DNA of 64,000 bases from Candidatus Calditenuaceae archaeon (GTDB lineage: Archaea; Thermoproteota; Nitrososphaeria_A; Caldarchaeales; Calditenuaceae), in NCBI GenBank assembly GCA_025059595.1, contig JANXDI010000015.1:25872-89871 (forward strand), in the 5' to 3' direction. Numbering within the stretch: position 1 is the first letter of the stretch; each line of letters opens with the position of its first letter. The notes under the pieces were generated by a model. That model was not told the origin of the DNA and did not search any database. It saw nothing but the letters and a program-made list of their open reading frames with translations. The position numbers and the translations under genes were made by a program. Positions 55,622 through 64,000 of this stretch are shown here, one piece after another.

Positions 55622-56290
55622 TTACGATGGTTTTAGTCGCTTGTAAAGGTCGTAGAGTTCGAAGACCCCACTCATATCCTCTCTCGCGTTGTTCGGATAG
55701 ACTTCCTTCAAAATCCCGTTTTCCAGTAACGCAACTTCGTCGGCAATCATGAGGGCTTCGAGAGGGTCGTGGGTCACATAGAGTACAGGGACATCGATAT
55801 TTCTGACCGTCTCCAGAACTAGTCGCTTGGTGGGCCAGTCAAGGTTTGCACAGGGCTCATCCATAAGTAGCGCGCTGGGATTCTTCAGCAAAGTCGTCGC
55901 AATAGTTAAGAGCTGTGCCTCTCCCAGCGAAAGATTTTTCTTGTCGACCAAGCTGCTGAGCCCGAGCTTGGAGACGAGAGGCCGGTAATCTCCACAGTGC
56001 AGCCTTGAGAAGAACTCTAATTGTTGTTTAGGGGCGAGGGGTAGCTTAACCACCCTTTGTGGAATGTAGCCGAGGGGCCTCTCTTCAGGTGGTAGTTGAG
56101 AAATATCTCTACCTTCAACCAGTATTAGCCCACTCACCTGCCTGATGAAGCCCATCAAACACCTTAGCAGAGTCGACTTACCGGCCCCGTTTCTGCCGAG
56201 GAGAACCGTCTTCCGAGTCACCTGAAGGTATTTGATTTCCAGCCTGAATCCTCCCTTCGACACAACTAAGTCACGAACTTCGAGGACCAC
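55622..56290 (-). CDS. Molybdate/tungstate ABC transporter ATPase (ModC/WtpC-like)
   Basis: GRNGAGKS, 'LPPEER', 'LSLGE', 'MDEP', 'VTHD'. Confidence 0.78.
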   Translation of the reverse strand: MVLEVRDLVVSKGGFRLEIKYLQVTRKTVLLGRNGAGKSTLLRCLMGFIRQVSGLILVEGRDISQLPPEERPLGYIPQRVVKLPLAPKQQLEFFSRLHCGDYRPLVSKLGLSSLVDKKNLSLGEAQLLTIATTLLKNPSALLMDEPCANLDWPTKRLVLETVRNIDVPVLYVTHDPLEALMIADEVALLENGILKEVYPNNAREDMSGVFELYDLYKRLKPS

Positions 56291-56972
56291 CTTCCAACAC
56301 CACAGTAGCGAGGGTCAACACTAAGGCTACCCCCAAGAGAATGAGGGAGGCAGAGATGACCGCGGTAGGCCCGGTCTTAAGAAACTCTTCGAAAATGTAT
56401 ATGCCCACTGTCTGAGGCCTCTGTGCTATTATTAGGAAGACCCCAAGCTCGGAGAAGGCCCGAAACCAAGATAAAAGAGCGGCAAGAAGGACACTCGTCG
56501 GTGAAGCGCGGAGGTAAAACCACAGAATCCTGAAACCCCGCACACCCATACCCCTCAAGTATTCCTCCATCTCCACCCCCTGAGCCGCAAAAGATGCCCT
56601 CAACACACCCACGCCGATGGGTGTGGAGACGATAAACATTCCGAGTATTATCGCGGCGCTCGTGTCGGTGAGCTGTAAGTTGAATATGATGGGCGAGAGC
56701 AGGACGCCTATCGCAGTATGTGGAATTGCGGTGGTTGACAATATCAGTGTCGTTAGATATCTAGCCTCGGTCCTGAAAGTGAGTGTGTAGCCTAGGATAA
56801 GAGAAGTTGGAATGACCAGTAGAGTGGAAAGAGTTGAATGTGTGGCTGTTGAGACGATTGTTTCTAGAAATCTAGGTGGGGGAAGCGGGCCGTAGAGCAT
56901 TATGCCCGGAAGAGCTAGCAGCGTAAAGTAGGAGATAGACACCATAAGCGCCGCTGACAAAGTCCTGTCCAT
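56271..56972 (-). CDS. Molybdate/tungstate ABC permease (ModB/WtpB-like)
   Basis: 'IPHTAIG', 'WFRAFSELG'; operon context. Confidence 0.78.
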   Translation of the reverse strand: MDRTLSAALMVSISYFTLLALPGIMLYGPLPPPRFLETIVSTATHSTLSTLLVIPTSLILGYTLTFRTEARYLTTLILSTTAIPHTAIGVLLSPIIFNLQLTDTSAAIILGMFIVSTPIGVGVLRASFAAQGVEMEEYLRGMGVRGFRILWFYLRASPTSVLLAALLSWFRAFSELGVFLIIAQRPQTVGIYIFEEFLKTGPTAVISASLILLGVALVLTLATVVLEGGPRSS

Positions 56973-56973
56973 T

Positions 56974-57840
56974 TCACATCATCAAACCGTATTTTGACAA
57001 GTTTATACGTGACATAACCCCGAGATACCTTTCACCGTTTGAGGTGAACGAGGCGGCAAAGGCTCGGAAAGCCTTGACGTCAATCTCTCCTAATTCTGTA
57101 TTTACTGTGAAGTTCAGTGGAGGGTCCTGTAGGAAGCTTATCTCGCTTGGTAATTCCAAGACGTTGAAACGCCCGCTATAATTCCTCGCTATTATGAATG
57201 GTGTGTGTGAGAAGATACAGTCGACAGCTCCACCCTCTAGCAGGGCGCCGACACCAGCCAAGTCGTCGCGAGCAATGTATCGGCCGCTAGCCTCGAAACT
57301 TCGGGCGTCTATCACTAACTTTTGAGCTAATTCGTCGTAGCTGTAATTGACTTTTAAGTTGCCACTCACTTCTTCCAGATTCGTGAAATTATATTTGACT
57401 GAGAGCCAGTATAAAGCTGCTAGGGCCCTATAGCCGATTGGTGCAACATTCGGGTTTGCAACACCTATCCTAACCCTTCCGATGTCGCTGAACGTATAAT
57501 TACCCCTACAGACGAGATGCAGCTTGAATGAGCCGAGGTCCATGACACTTCGCGGTTTAATCATCTTTAAGAGCTCTGTATCCACGCTCATGAAAACGTC
57601 TGGAGTCCTGCCTGCCAGAATCATCCTCACTCCCATGACGCTTCCAATGAAGCGGACATCAACCCTCTCCCGCCCATAGAGGTTAGCGGCCTCCTCCGCC
57701 AATCCCGACAATGTTGGAGCTGAATAAATGACAACCCAGCCGCCGCCTACTTCCGGTTTCTGAGCGCTAAAGACGAACGAAGCGATAAGAGAGATGGCTA
57801 CCGCCGCTATCATTAGAGGCATTATAGTTTTTTTACGCAT
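56974..57840 (-). CDS. Molybdate/tungstate substrate-binding protein (ModA/WtpA-like)
   Basis: Signal anchor; 'APTL', 'GSV', 'DVFMSVD', 'NPNVAPIGYR'. Confidence 0.72.
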   Translation of the reverse strand: MRKKTIMPLMIAAVAISLIASFVFSAQKPEVGGGWVVIYSAPTLSGLAEEAANLYGRERVDVRFIGSVMGVRMILAGRTPDVFMSVDTELLKMIKPRSVMDLGSFKLHLVCRGNYTFSDIGRVRIGVANPNVAPIGYRALAALYWLSVKYNFTNLEEVSGNLKVNYSYDELAQKLVIDARSFEASGRYIARDDLAGVGALLEGGAVDCIFSHTPFIIARNYSGRFNVLELPSEISFLQDPPLNFTVNTELGEIDVKAFRAFAASFTSNGERYLGVMSRINLSKYGLMM

Positions 57841-57899
57841 CGCATGCCCTTTATTGTCCCAAAATATTTAAACATAGGTGGGGTGTTACACAACGATGC

Positions 57900-58463
57900 A
57901 TGTCGGTGGTAGAGGTAGGTGAGGGGAAGGTCGTCTTGAGGTTGGAAAACGGAGACCTTCTCAGAGTGGGTCTCGCGTATTTCGAGCTTCTTGACGGCGT
58001 GAGAAGGTATAGGTCTTTGAGCCGGGCTTCTCGCGAGACTGGAGTGACGCTAAAGACAAGCTTGAAGTGGATACGGTATCTCGAGTCTAAGCTGGGGTAC
58101 AGGCTCGTGGAGCGTAGGAGGGGTGGAAGGGGTGGGGGTGGTAGTGAGTTGACCGAGCAGGCACGCAGGCTGCTGGAGGGCTACTACTCTGCGAGAGCCA
58201 CCACCAGGCCTGGGTTCATCACAACCTTCCTCGAAAGTTTTATGAGCGCCCGAAATATCTTGAAGTGCAAAGTAAGATCAATCAAGAAATCCGAGATACT
58301 GAGCCTCATTGAGGTCGAGCTCGAGCCGAGCCAAAACCTCAAAGCCCTTTTAACGACAGAGAGCGTTGAGAGGTTGAAGATTCGCGAAGGAGCGGATGTC
58401 GTTGCGTTGATTAAGGCTACAGAGGTCCTGATAGCTTCGGGGTCAATTATTAGAGCCGAGTAG
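57900..58463 (+). CDS. modE: ModE-like regulator (wHTH + TOBE domain)
   Basis: 'SLSRASRE', 'LVERRRGGRGGGGSELT', TOBE 'SARN...LTTESVERL..G..V.ALIKATEV'. Confidence 0.85.
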   Translation: MSVVEVGEGKVVLRLENGDLLRVGLAYFELLDGVRRYRSLSRASRETGVTLKTSLKWIRYLESKLGYRLVERRRGGRGGGGSELTEQARRLLEGYYSARATTRPGFITTFLESFMSARNILKCKVRSIKKSEILSLIEVELEPSQNLKALLTTESVERLKIREGADVVALIKATEVLIASGSIIRAE

Positions 58464-58476
58464 TGTTAGTCAAAGT

Positions 58477-60249
58477 TTACAGGGTTATTTCTGCCTTCAT
58501 TGCGTTAATCTCCGACTTAATCTCGGCTTCAAGTTCATCAAACTTGCCAAGCTCATCGTTATTAATCGTATATTTGGCTCTCAGCATTTTCGGAATAACG
58601 GGAAGAGCTCGAATATCCTCGATTTTAACACCTCTCTTAATGGCTGTAAGGGCATATTCGTAGAAGTCGACAAACATCTTCAACATTCTATACTGCTTTT
58701 TGGAACTGCAATAGGAGTCCACCTCATCATACGCGCTCTGCTGGAGGAAACCTTCCCTTATCATCCTCGCCACATCCAGAACTAAGTTCTCCTCATCCGC
58801 GAGCGCCTCTGGACCTAGGAGCCTCACGAGCTCTAGAAGCTCCTCCTCTCTCCTCAATATGCTGTAGAGCCGGGCTCTAGCTTCATACCAGTCCTCAGCG
58901 ATTTTGTCCCACCATTCCCTGACGGTGTCGACGTATGCGGAGTAGCTCATTATCCAGTTCACGGCTGGATAATGTCGGGTGTAGGCGAGATTTGGGTCGA
59001 GGGCCCAGAAGACTCTCACGAACCTAAGTGTATTTGTTGTTACGGGCTCGGTGAAGTCGCCGCCAGGCGGCGAAACCGCACCCACGATTGTGAGGCTTCC
59101 TATTCTGCTTGGATTTCCGAGAACCTCAACCCTCCCGGCTCTCTCGTAAAATTCTGCCAGCCTACTACCCAAATAGCTCGGGTAACCCTCCTCTGCGGGC
59201 ATCTCCTCAAGCCTACTGCTAATCTCCCTGAGTGCCTCAGCCCACCTGCTCGTCGAATCCGCGACGAGCAGAACGTCGTATCCCATATCCCGATAATATT
59301 CTGCTATAGCCGCGCCTGTGTAGATGCTGGCTTCCCTCGCCGAGACCGGCATGTTGCTTGTGTTAGCAATCAAGACGGTCCTCTCCATGAGCGGCCTGTT
59401 GGTGTAGGGGTCCGTTAGATGCGGAAACTCCTTAAGGACCTCAGCCTCCTCGTTACCACGCTCTCCACAACCTATGTGAAGAATCACCTTCGCATCACTC
59501 CACTTAGCGAGCTGGTGGAGCATGACCGTCTTCCCCGTCCCGAACGCCCCGGGTATGCAACCGGTGCCACCCTTAGCCATGGGGAACACAACATCTAGGA
59601 CGCGCTGACCCGTGATAAGCGGGACGACTGGGTCGAGCCTCCTCTTTATCGGCCTTGGAGTCCTCACTGGCCACCGATGTGTCATCGAGACTGAAACCCT
59701 ACCATCCCTGTTTTCAACCTCCGCCACTTGGTCTAAGACTGTATACTCACCCTCAGGGGCGATATACTTCAGCGTCCCAGGTAAAAAGTTTGGAGGAATC
59801 ATTATAAATGTCTTGATGAGGGGCGTCTCCTCGACCTCCCCAATAACGGACCCAGGCTCAACGTTTTCGCCCACCTTTATCCTGGGCTTAAACCGCCACT
59901 TCTTATCCAGCGGAACGCTTGGAACGGACACTCCTCTCTTAATGAAGGCCCCAACCATCTTGGATATTCTCTCAAGGGGCCTCTGAACGCCGTCGTAGAC
60001 GTTTCCAATCACTCCCGGACCTAATGTAACAGATAATGGGCCACCTGTTCCTATGACCGGCTCACCCGGGGCTAGGCCGGATGTGTTCTCGTAGACTTGG
60101 ACGTAGGCATTATCACCGCTTAACCTGATGACCTCTCCGATGAGCTTCTCTTCCCCTGCATATACCATCTCATACATTTTAACCCCCGTCATTCCTTCCG
60201 CCTTAAGGGTGGGGCCGGCTATCCACGTGATTACGCCTTTAACTGGCAT
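58477..60249 (-). CDS. atpA: A/V-type ATP synthase subunit A
   Basis: [16 protein letters not shown], 'NTSNMPV.AREAS', '[10 protein letters not shown]'; no intein. Confidence 0.97.
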   Translation of the reverse strand: MPVKGVITWIAGPTLKAEGMTGVKMYEMVYAGEEKLIGEVIRLSGDNAYVQVYENTSGLAPGEPVIGTGGPLSVTLGPGVIGNVYDGVQRPLERISKMVGAFIKRGVSVPSVPLDKKWRFKPRIKVGENVEPGSVIGEVEETPLIKTFIMIPPNFLPGTLKYIAPEGEYTVLDQVAEVENRDGRVSVSMTHRWPVRTPRPIKRRLDPVVPLITGQRVLDVVFPMAKGGTGCIPGAFGTGKTVMLHQLAKWSDAKVILHIGCGERGNEEAEVLKEFPHLTDPYTNRPLMERTVLIANTSNMPVSAREASIYTGAAIAEYYRDMGYDVLLVADSTSRWAEALREISSRLEEMPAEEGYPSYLGSRLAEFYERAGRVEVLGNPSRIGSLTIVGAVSPPGGDFTEPVTTNTLRFVRVFWALDPNLAYTRHYPAVNWIMSYSAYVDTVREWWDKIAEDWYEARARLYSILRREEELLELVRLLGPEALADEENLVLDVARMIREGFLQQSAYDEVDSYCSSKKQYRMLKMFVDFYEYALTAIKRGVKIEDIRALPVIPKMLRAKYTINNDELGKFDELEAEIKSEINAMKAEITL

Positions 60250-60294
60250 GGCTGAAGTCTAAGATGCCGCCCAACTAAAAAACTTTGGCAATCA

Positions 60295-60903
60295 TCAAGG
60301 GGAGAGAAGCCTCTTGATGATTTCGTTTCGTACCTCGTTCCTCATCCGCTCAAGCCTCGCCTCGACCGTGTTGTCGTAAATCGCTGATCCATCTCTCCTC
60401 ATTACCCGTACGCCACCCACTATATCCAACGAGTTTTCCGATAGCCTGATTTTCACACCGAGGCCCCTCTCCACCTCCCCCCTGAGCTCCTCAACTACGC
60501 TTCGGTCAGCTTTCGAGCACTCGACTACAACCTCGTCACCTCCAACAACCTCCACAGCCTCCCACAACAAAACCTTGAGAGCACGGCGATAACCTAAGGT
60601 CTCCCTCATAGAGGATATTTTCCTTAACGCCTCATCGAAAACAGCCCTGACGCATTCCTCGACTGTTTCGAGATATTCCCGCCTCGCATCAAGCACGGCC
60701 TGACTGACCAGTCTCTGCCTCAAGGCCGTAGCCTCCTTTCGAGCGAGTTGAGCTGCAGCGGCCGACTGTCTGCTCAGCTCATCAGCCTCCTCTCTCAACC
60801 TCCTCAAACCCTCCTCCTCAATCTCCCTTAACTTCACCCGAAACTCGACTACGGCCTCCTCAACCACACCCCTCAAGACATCCTCAAGCTTCATCGGAGA
60901 CAT
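60295..60903 (-). CDS. atpE: A/V-type ATP synthase subunit E
   Basis: Coiled-coil N-terminus, 'VGGV....DG...DNT.EARL'; directly upstream of atpA. Confidence 0.85.
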   Translation of the reverse strand: MSPMKLEDVLRGVVEEAVVEFRVKLREIEEEGLRRLREEADELSRQSAAAAQLARKEATALRQRLVSQAVLDARREYLETVEECVRAVFDEALRKISSMRETLGYRRALKVLLWEAVEVVGGDEVVVECSKADRSVVEELRGEVERGLGVKIRLSENSLDIVGGVRVMRRDGSAIYDNTVEARLERMRNEVRNEIIKRLLSP

Positions 60904-61141
60904 CCTCCATTAACATCTATTACTGGATTAAAAAGCTAGTATCAACTCAAAATAAACCCCGATGTCAGCGGCGTATGTTTAGCATCTCAACCTGATTAGT
61001 TATGCCCTTAGTTGTGCCTAGACTTGGGCCATTATTCGGAAGACGCTTGAAGGGGGCCGAGAATCTGGGCCGCCGTGAGTAATCCGCCAATCATGACTCC
61101 GACGACTCCCATCGTTGCTATATCTGAACCGGTTAAATACA

Positions 61142-61170
61142 GGTTTCGAGCCGGCTAGCCGCTCGAAGCC
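61142..61170. terminator. Stable hairpin between the sORF and atpE
   Basis: GGTTTCGAGC-CGGCTAGCC-GCTCGAAGCC, a 10-bp outer stem with one G-U pair; role unknown. Confidence 0.35.
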
Positions 61171-61197
61171 AAGTTTGACGGAACCTGTCTGAAGTGC

Positions 61198-61338
61198 TTA
61201 ATGCTCATGAGGGAAACGCTCGAAGAGAGCCTCGCGGTATGCGGCCTCTCCGACAGGCATTTCAAAGGTGAGGTCTGGGAACACGAACTTCTCATAGGGC
61301 GAGGGCGCCAGAGCATAAGACAAGCCATACTTTTTCAT
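61198..61338 (-). CDS. Candidate 46-aa small protein directly after atpF
   Basis: ATG 4 nt after the atpF stop; MKKYGLSYALAPSPYEKFVFPDLTFEMPVGEAAYREALFERFPHEH. Confidence 0.35.
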   Translation of the reverse strand: MKKYGLSYALAPSPYEKFVFPDLTFEMPVGEAAYREALFERFPHEH

Positions 61339-61342
61339 CAGG

Positions 61343-61651
61343 TTAAATACTTAGTATCCTCCTAAGAAGTGCGCGATAGTCTGTGACGGAAGGCTTCTCC
61401 CCCGGCCTCGGCAGAAGATAAATCACGGGACTTGGGCGCGTAGAGCTTAACTGCTCAACTCTCTCCGCAAACTCCGGGCCGAATTCGTCGCTCACCAAGA
61501 TTAACCCCACTTCAGAGTCACCGGCCAGCTCCTCGATGATCCGAATAGCGTCTTTCCCATCCCTAGCAACCACCCCACCAAGACCGGCTATCCTGAACGA
61601 CGCCACAAAAAGCTCTCCACCCACCGCGACTGCCCTCATCCAAACAGACAA
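61343..61651 (-). CDS. atpF: A/V-type ATP synthase subunit F
   Basis: 'AVG...V.SFRIAG', 'VGLILV', 'P.I..LP'. Confidence 0.88.
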   Translation of the reverse strand: MSVWMRAVAVGGELFVASFRIAGLGGVVARDGKDAIRIIEELAGDSEVGLILVSDEFGPEFAERVEQLSSTRPSPVIYLLPRPGEKPSVTDYRALLRRILSI

Positions 61652-61698
61652 ACAGCATCCAGACTTTATATTTTCCCAAAGGCGACACAGAGTGTAGG

Positions 61699-61770
61699 GG
61701 GCCGGTAGATCAGCGGCAGATCACCCGGTTTGCACCCGGGAGGCCGCGGGTTCGAATCCCGCCCGGTCCA
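61699..61770 (+). tRNA. tRNA-Ala(UGC)
   Basis: GGGCCGG/CCGGTCC acceptor with G3:U70, GATC/GATC D stem, CCCGG-TTTGCAC-CCGGG, GCGGG-TTCGAAT-CCCGC, A73; TTTATA box ~30 nt upstream. Confidence 0.95.
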
Positions 61771-61819
61771 ATTTCGCTTACTGGATGATTTGGGCCTGTA
61801 GCTTCTGCTTTATTGAAGG

Positions 61820-61879
61820 GGGTCGGCTCGGCTCTTCCTGCATCACGGGTCAGTCTGGAGCGGCGGGCCTCATCCCCAA
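61820..61879 (-). ncRNA. Candidate box C/D guide sRNA (degenerate boxes)
   Basis: Minus strand: C GGGATGA, guide GGCCCGCCGCTCCAGA, D' CTGA, C' GTGATGC, guide AGGAAGAGCCGAG, D CCGA. The D guide is complementary to LSU rRNA UCGGCUCUUCC. Confidence 0.65.
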
Positions 61880-61973
61880 CCATATTACCTTCACGGTGAG
61901 ATATTAGTTGTTTCTTGAGCTGAGCGTATGGTAAATCTTGGAGCTTCGTGGATTCATAATGGGGTTATTGGCC

Positions 61974-62882
61974 TTGAGGGTCGCTCTGGTTAACTTTACT
62001 TCGGGGGGTGTGAGTGGAAGTGGGAGGCATGTGGGTCTTCTTAGGAAGGGGCTTCTTGAGCTCGGGGTTGATGTGAAGGTCGTCGACTCAAAAAATGTCT
62101 GGTTTCTCGATTTTCCCATGCTCCGGGCGCCTACCTTTACACTCGGAGCCTCTTTGAGGACGTTTGACGCCGATGTCGTGCATCTTCACAACCCCAAGCT
62201 CATCGGAGCCGCCCTTAGCAGTCCCTCTAGGAGCATAATCACGGTTCATGGAGGGATGATAGAGTTTAGTCTGAAGTATGGCGCGCTCGGGAGAGCCTCC
62301 GCGCGAATGATGCTCGCCTTGATGCGGATGGTGGGCCGTGTGACTTCGGTTATGAAGTGGGAGGCTGAGAGGAATGGCTGGGCCTGGGTCCCCAACATGA
62401 CTGACCTCGAGATGATAAGTAAAATAGAGCCTGCGAATGAAAGCGTGATTCTCTTCGTGGGTAGGCATGACCCAGTGAAGAACTATCCCCTCTTTAAACG
62501 GGTGGTGGAGAGGCTTGGCAGAAACTATAAGGCCTTTGGCGTGGAGGAGGTTGCAAGTTGGGAGAAGGTAATCGCCTACATGAAGTCCGCGGAGTGTCTC
62601 ATGATTACGTCGGTCTGGGAGGGCATGCCATCCGTGCTGCTGGAGGCATGGGCTTCGGGATGCCCAGTCATAGCCCCACGTATCCCAGCTTTCACACCCT
62701 TCCACGACGCCGTCATTCTCACCGACCTCCGACCAGAGGCATATGTTGATTCTTACAGGAGGCTCGACGGCCTGAAAGACTCAATTGTTTCGCGCGGACT
62801 CGAGCTGGTGAGACAGTTTGACTACAAGTCCATTACACGGCAATATCTTGAGATTTACCGGGAGCTAGTCACTCGGTCTTGA
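61974..62882 (+). CDS. Glycosyltransferase family 4 (GT-B)
   Basis: 'DVVHLH', 'TVHG', 'FVGR...KN', 'EGMPSVLLEAWASGCPVI'. Confidence 0.9.
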   Translation: MRVALVNFTSGGVSGSGRHVGLLRKGLLELGVDVKVVDSKNVWFLDFPMLRAPTFTLGASLRTFDADVVHLHNPKLIGAALSSPSRSIITVHGGMIEFSLKYGALGRASARMMLALMRMVGRVTSVMKWEAERNGWAWVPNMTDLEMISKIEPANESVILFVGRHDPVKNYPLFKRVVERLGRNYKAFGVEEVASWEKVIAYMKSAECLMITSVWEGMPSVLLEAWASGCPVIAPRIPAFTPFHDAVILTDLRPEAYVDSYRRLDGLKDSIVSRGLELVRQFDYKSITRQYLEIYRELVTRS

Positions 62883-64000
62883 GTGCTTTGACAGGGTCTA
62901 TTAGAGCGGCCCTTCTGGCTGGGTAGAGGCCTGAAACCGAGCCGACCAAGACAGCGAAGAGCAGCGTCCCCATCAACAGCTCAGGCGTTATCACTGAACG
63001 TATCGGTATCGGCTCAAACTGGGGGCCGAATCTAAAGAAGTTCCCGGCATAATTTCCAAATCCCAGCGAGAGGCCCACGCCTACCCCAACTCCGATCAAC
63101 CCTCCGATTAACCCCGTGAGCATGGCTTCGAAGAGGAATGTGAATAGAACGTCTCGCCTCGTCATCCCAATCGACCGAAGGACGCCTATTTCTCTTGTCC
63201 TCTCCATTACGGACATTATCATCGTGTTCATTATTCCGAGGCCGGCCACGAATAGGCTCACAGATGCTATGATTCCGAGGAAGATTGTGAAGGACGCTAT
63301 TATGCTTCTGACTGTTGAGAGGATTGTGCTGGGGCTTATCACGGTTACATTTCTACCGTACAATCCCTCCAACTCCGAGATTATGTATTCGACCAAGTCA
63401 ACCCTCTCCGTGTTCACTAAGATTGCCTGATACCTCATCTCCCCCAAGAGCCTCCTCGCTGCGGGGAGGGGCATGACTACGGCCGTGTCGGCGTCGAAGA
63501 AGACGGAGGCTCCGAACTTGTCGTATATTCCCGTTACAGTGAAGCTGGTTGTCTTTAGGCCCTCCGCTGTCGAGGCCATGATTGTGAGTGGTTGACCTAC
63601 ATAGAGTCGCGATGTAGTTACGGCGGCTGGTGGGAAGGCTACCTTATAACCTACTCCAATCTGCGTGGAGCTTGTGGGTGTCGGCGAGTCACCCTCCAAT
63701 ATCTTGATTCCGGGGAAGATAATTTGGAGCTGCATCGGGTCTATACCCAGAACGCGGCCACTCACTCTCGTTCCACCGACCTGAAATTCAGCGACCGCGA
63801 GGTAAAAAGGCGCGACAACAGTTACACCAGGTATTCTTGTTATTTTCTGGACATCTGCGTCGGAGAATTGAATGTTCGAGCCTTGAGCAGGAAGAACGAT
63901 GATGTTGTTTGCCCCAAGCATCATGAGCCTGTCTGTAACGACTGTATTGATTCCCTCACCAAGTGAGACTAGGGAGATTATGAGCCCTGAGCCCACGGCG
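62869..64000 (-). CDS. MacB/FtsX-family ABC permease (5' end outside window)
   Basis: 'GIMNTMIMSVMERTREIGVLRSIG', 'GLYPARRAA..DPV.AL'. Confidence 0.9.
   Translation of the reverse strand, partial: AVGSGLIISLVSLGEGINTVVTDRLMMLGANNIIVLPAQGSNIQFSDADVQKITRIPGVTVVAPFYLAVAEFQVGGTRVSGRVLGIDPMQLQIIFPGIKILEGDSPTPTSSTQIGVGYKVAFPPAAVTTSRLYVGQPLTIMASTAEGLKTTSFTVTGIYDKFGASVFFDADTAVVMPLPAARRLLGEMRYQAILVNTERVDLVEYIISELEGLYGRNVTVISPSTILSTVRSIIASFTIFLGIIASVSLFVAGLGIMNTMIMSVMERTREIGVLRSIGMTRRDVLFTFLFEAMLTGLIGGLIGVGVGVGLSLGFGNYAGNFFRFGPQFEPIPIRSVITPELLMGTLLFAVLVGSVSGLYPARRAALIDPVKALKTE

Noticed and set aside
569-63966. Many 60-220 aa ORFs antisense to or nested within confident genes (e.g. 53647-54300, 29138-29704, 62088-62705)
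   Set aside because: They are shadow ORFs of well-supported genes, with no motifs and S/P/R-biased composition.

Overview
A gene-dense archaeal chromosomal window. It has archaeal ribosomal proteins (eL40, eS17, eL15, uS13, eS1), Dph2, TrpB2, type 2 IDI, NAC, a proteasome beta subunit, Pcc1, Trm1, A-type ATPase subunits, TATA/BRE promoters and box C/D sRNAs. Gene content and style suggest a thermophilic TACK lineage, most plausibly Aigarchaeota/Caldarchaeales (inference). Positions ~1.5-28 kb are accessory. They carry a dispersed, uncharacterised membrane module: a MacB-type ATPase, two OPT-like transporters, a large FtsX permease ending in a CARF-like domain, a small FtsX permease and a stand-alone PqqD/RRE protein. 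Interleaved with it are sugar/inositol-type catabolic genes, an UnbV/UnbU-like pair, an ArnT-like glycosyltransferase and a Liv-type ABC system. Positions 28-64 kb are mostly housekeeping. Exceptions are an HTH/ATP-cone/dead-NrdD regulator, a locus with two C4HC3 RING-like proteins (one membrane-anchored) flanking two coiled-coil proteins, a Mo/W ABC cassette with ModE and a fragmented atpF-(sORF)-E-A cluster. Two tRNAs (Ile2-CAU, Ala-UGC), an eL40 gene and two box C/D guide RNAs missing from the ORF track were read directly from the sequence. No CRISPR array, rRNA, transposase or integrase was seen. All family assignments come from motif recognition by eye, not database searches.
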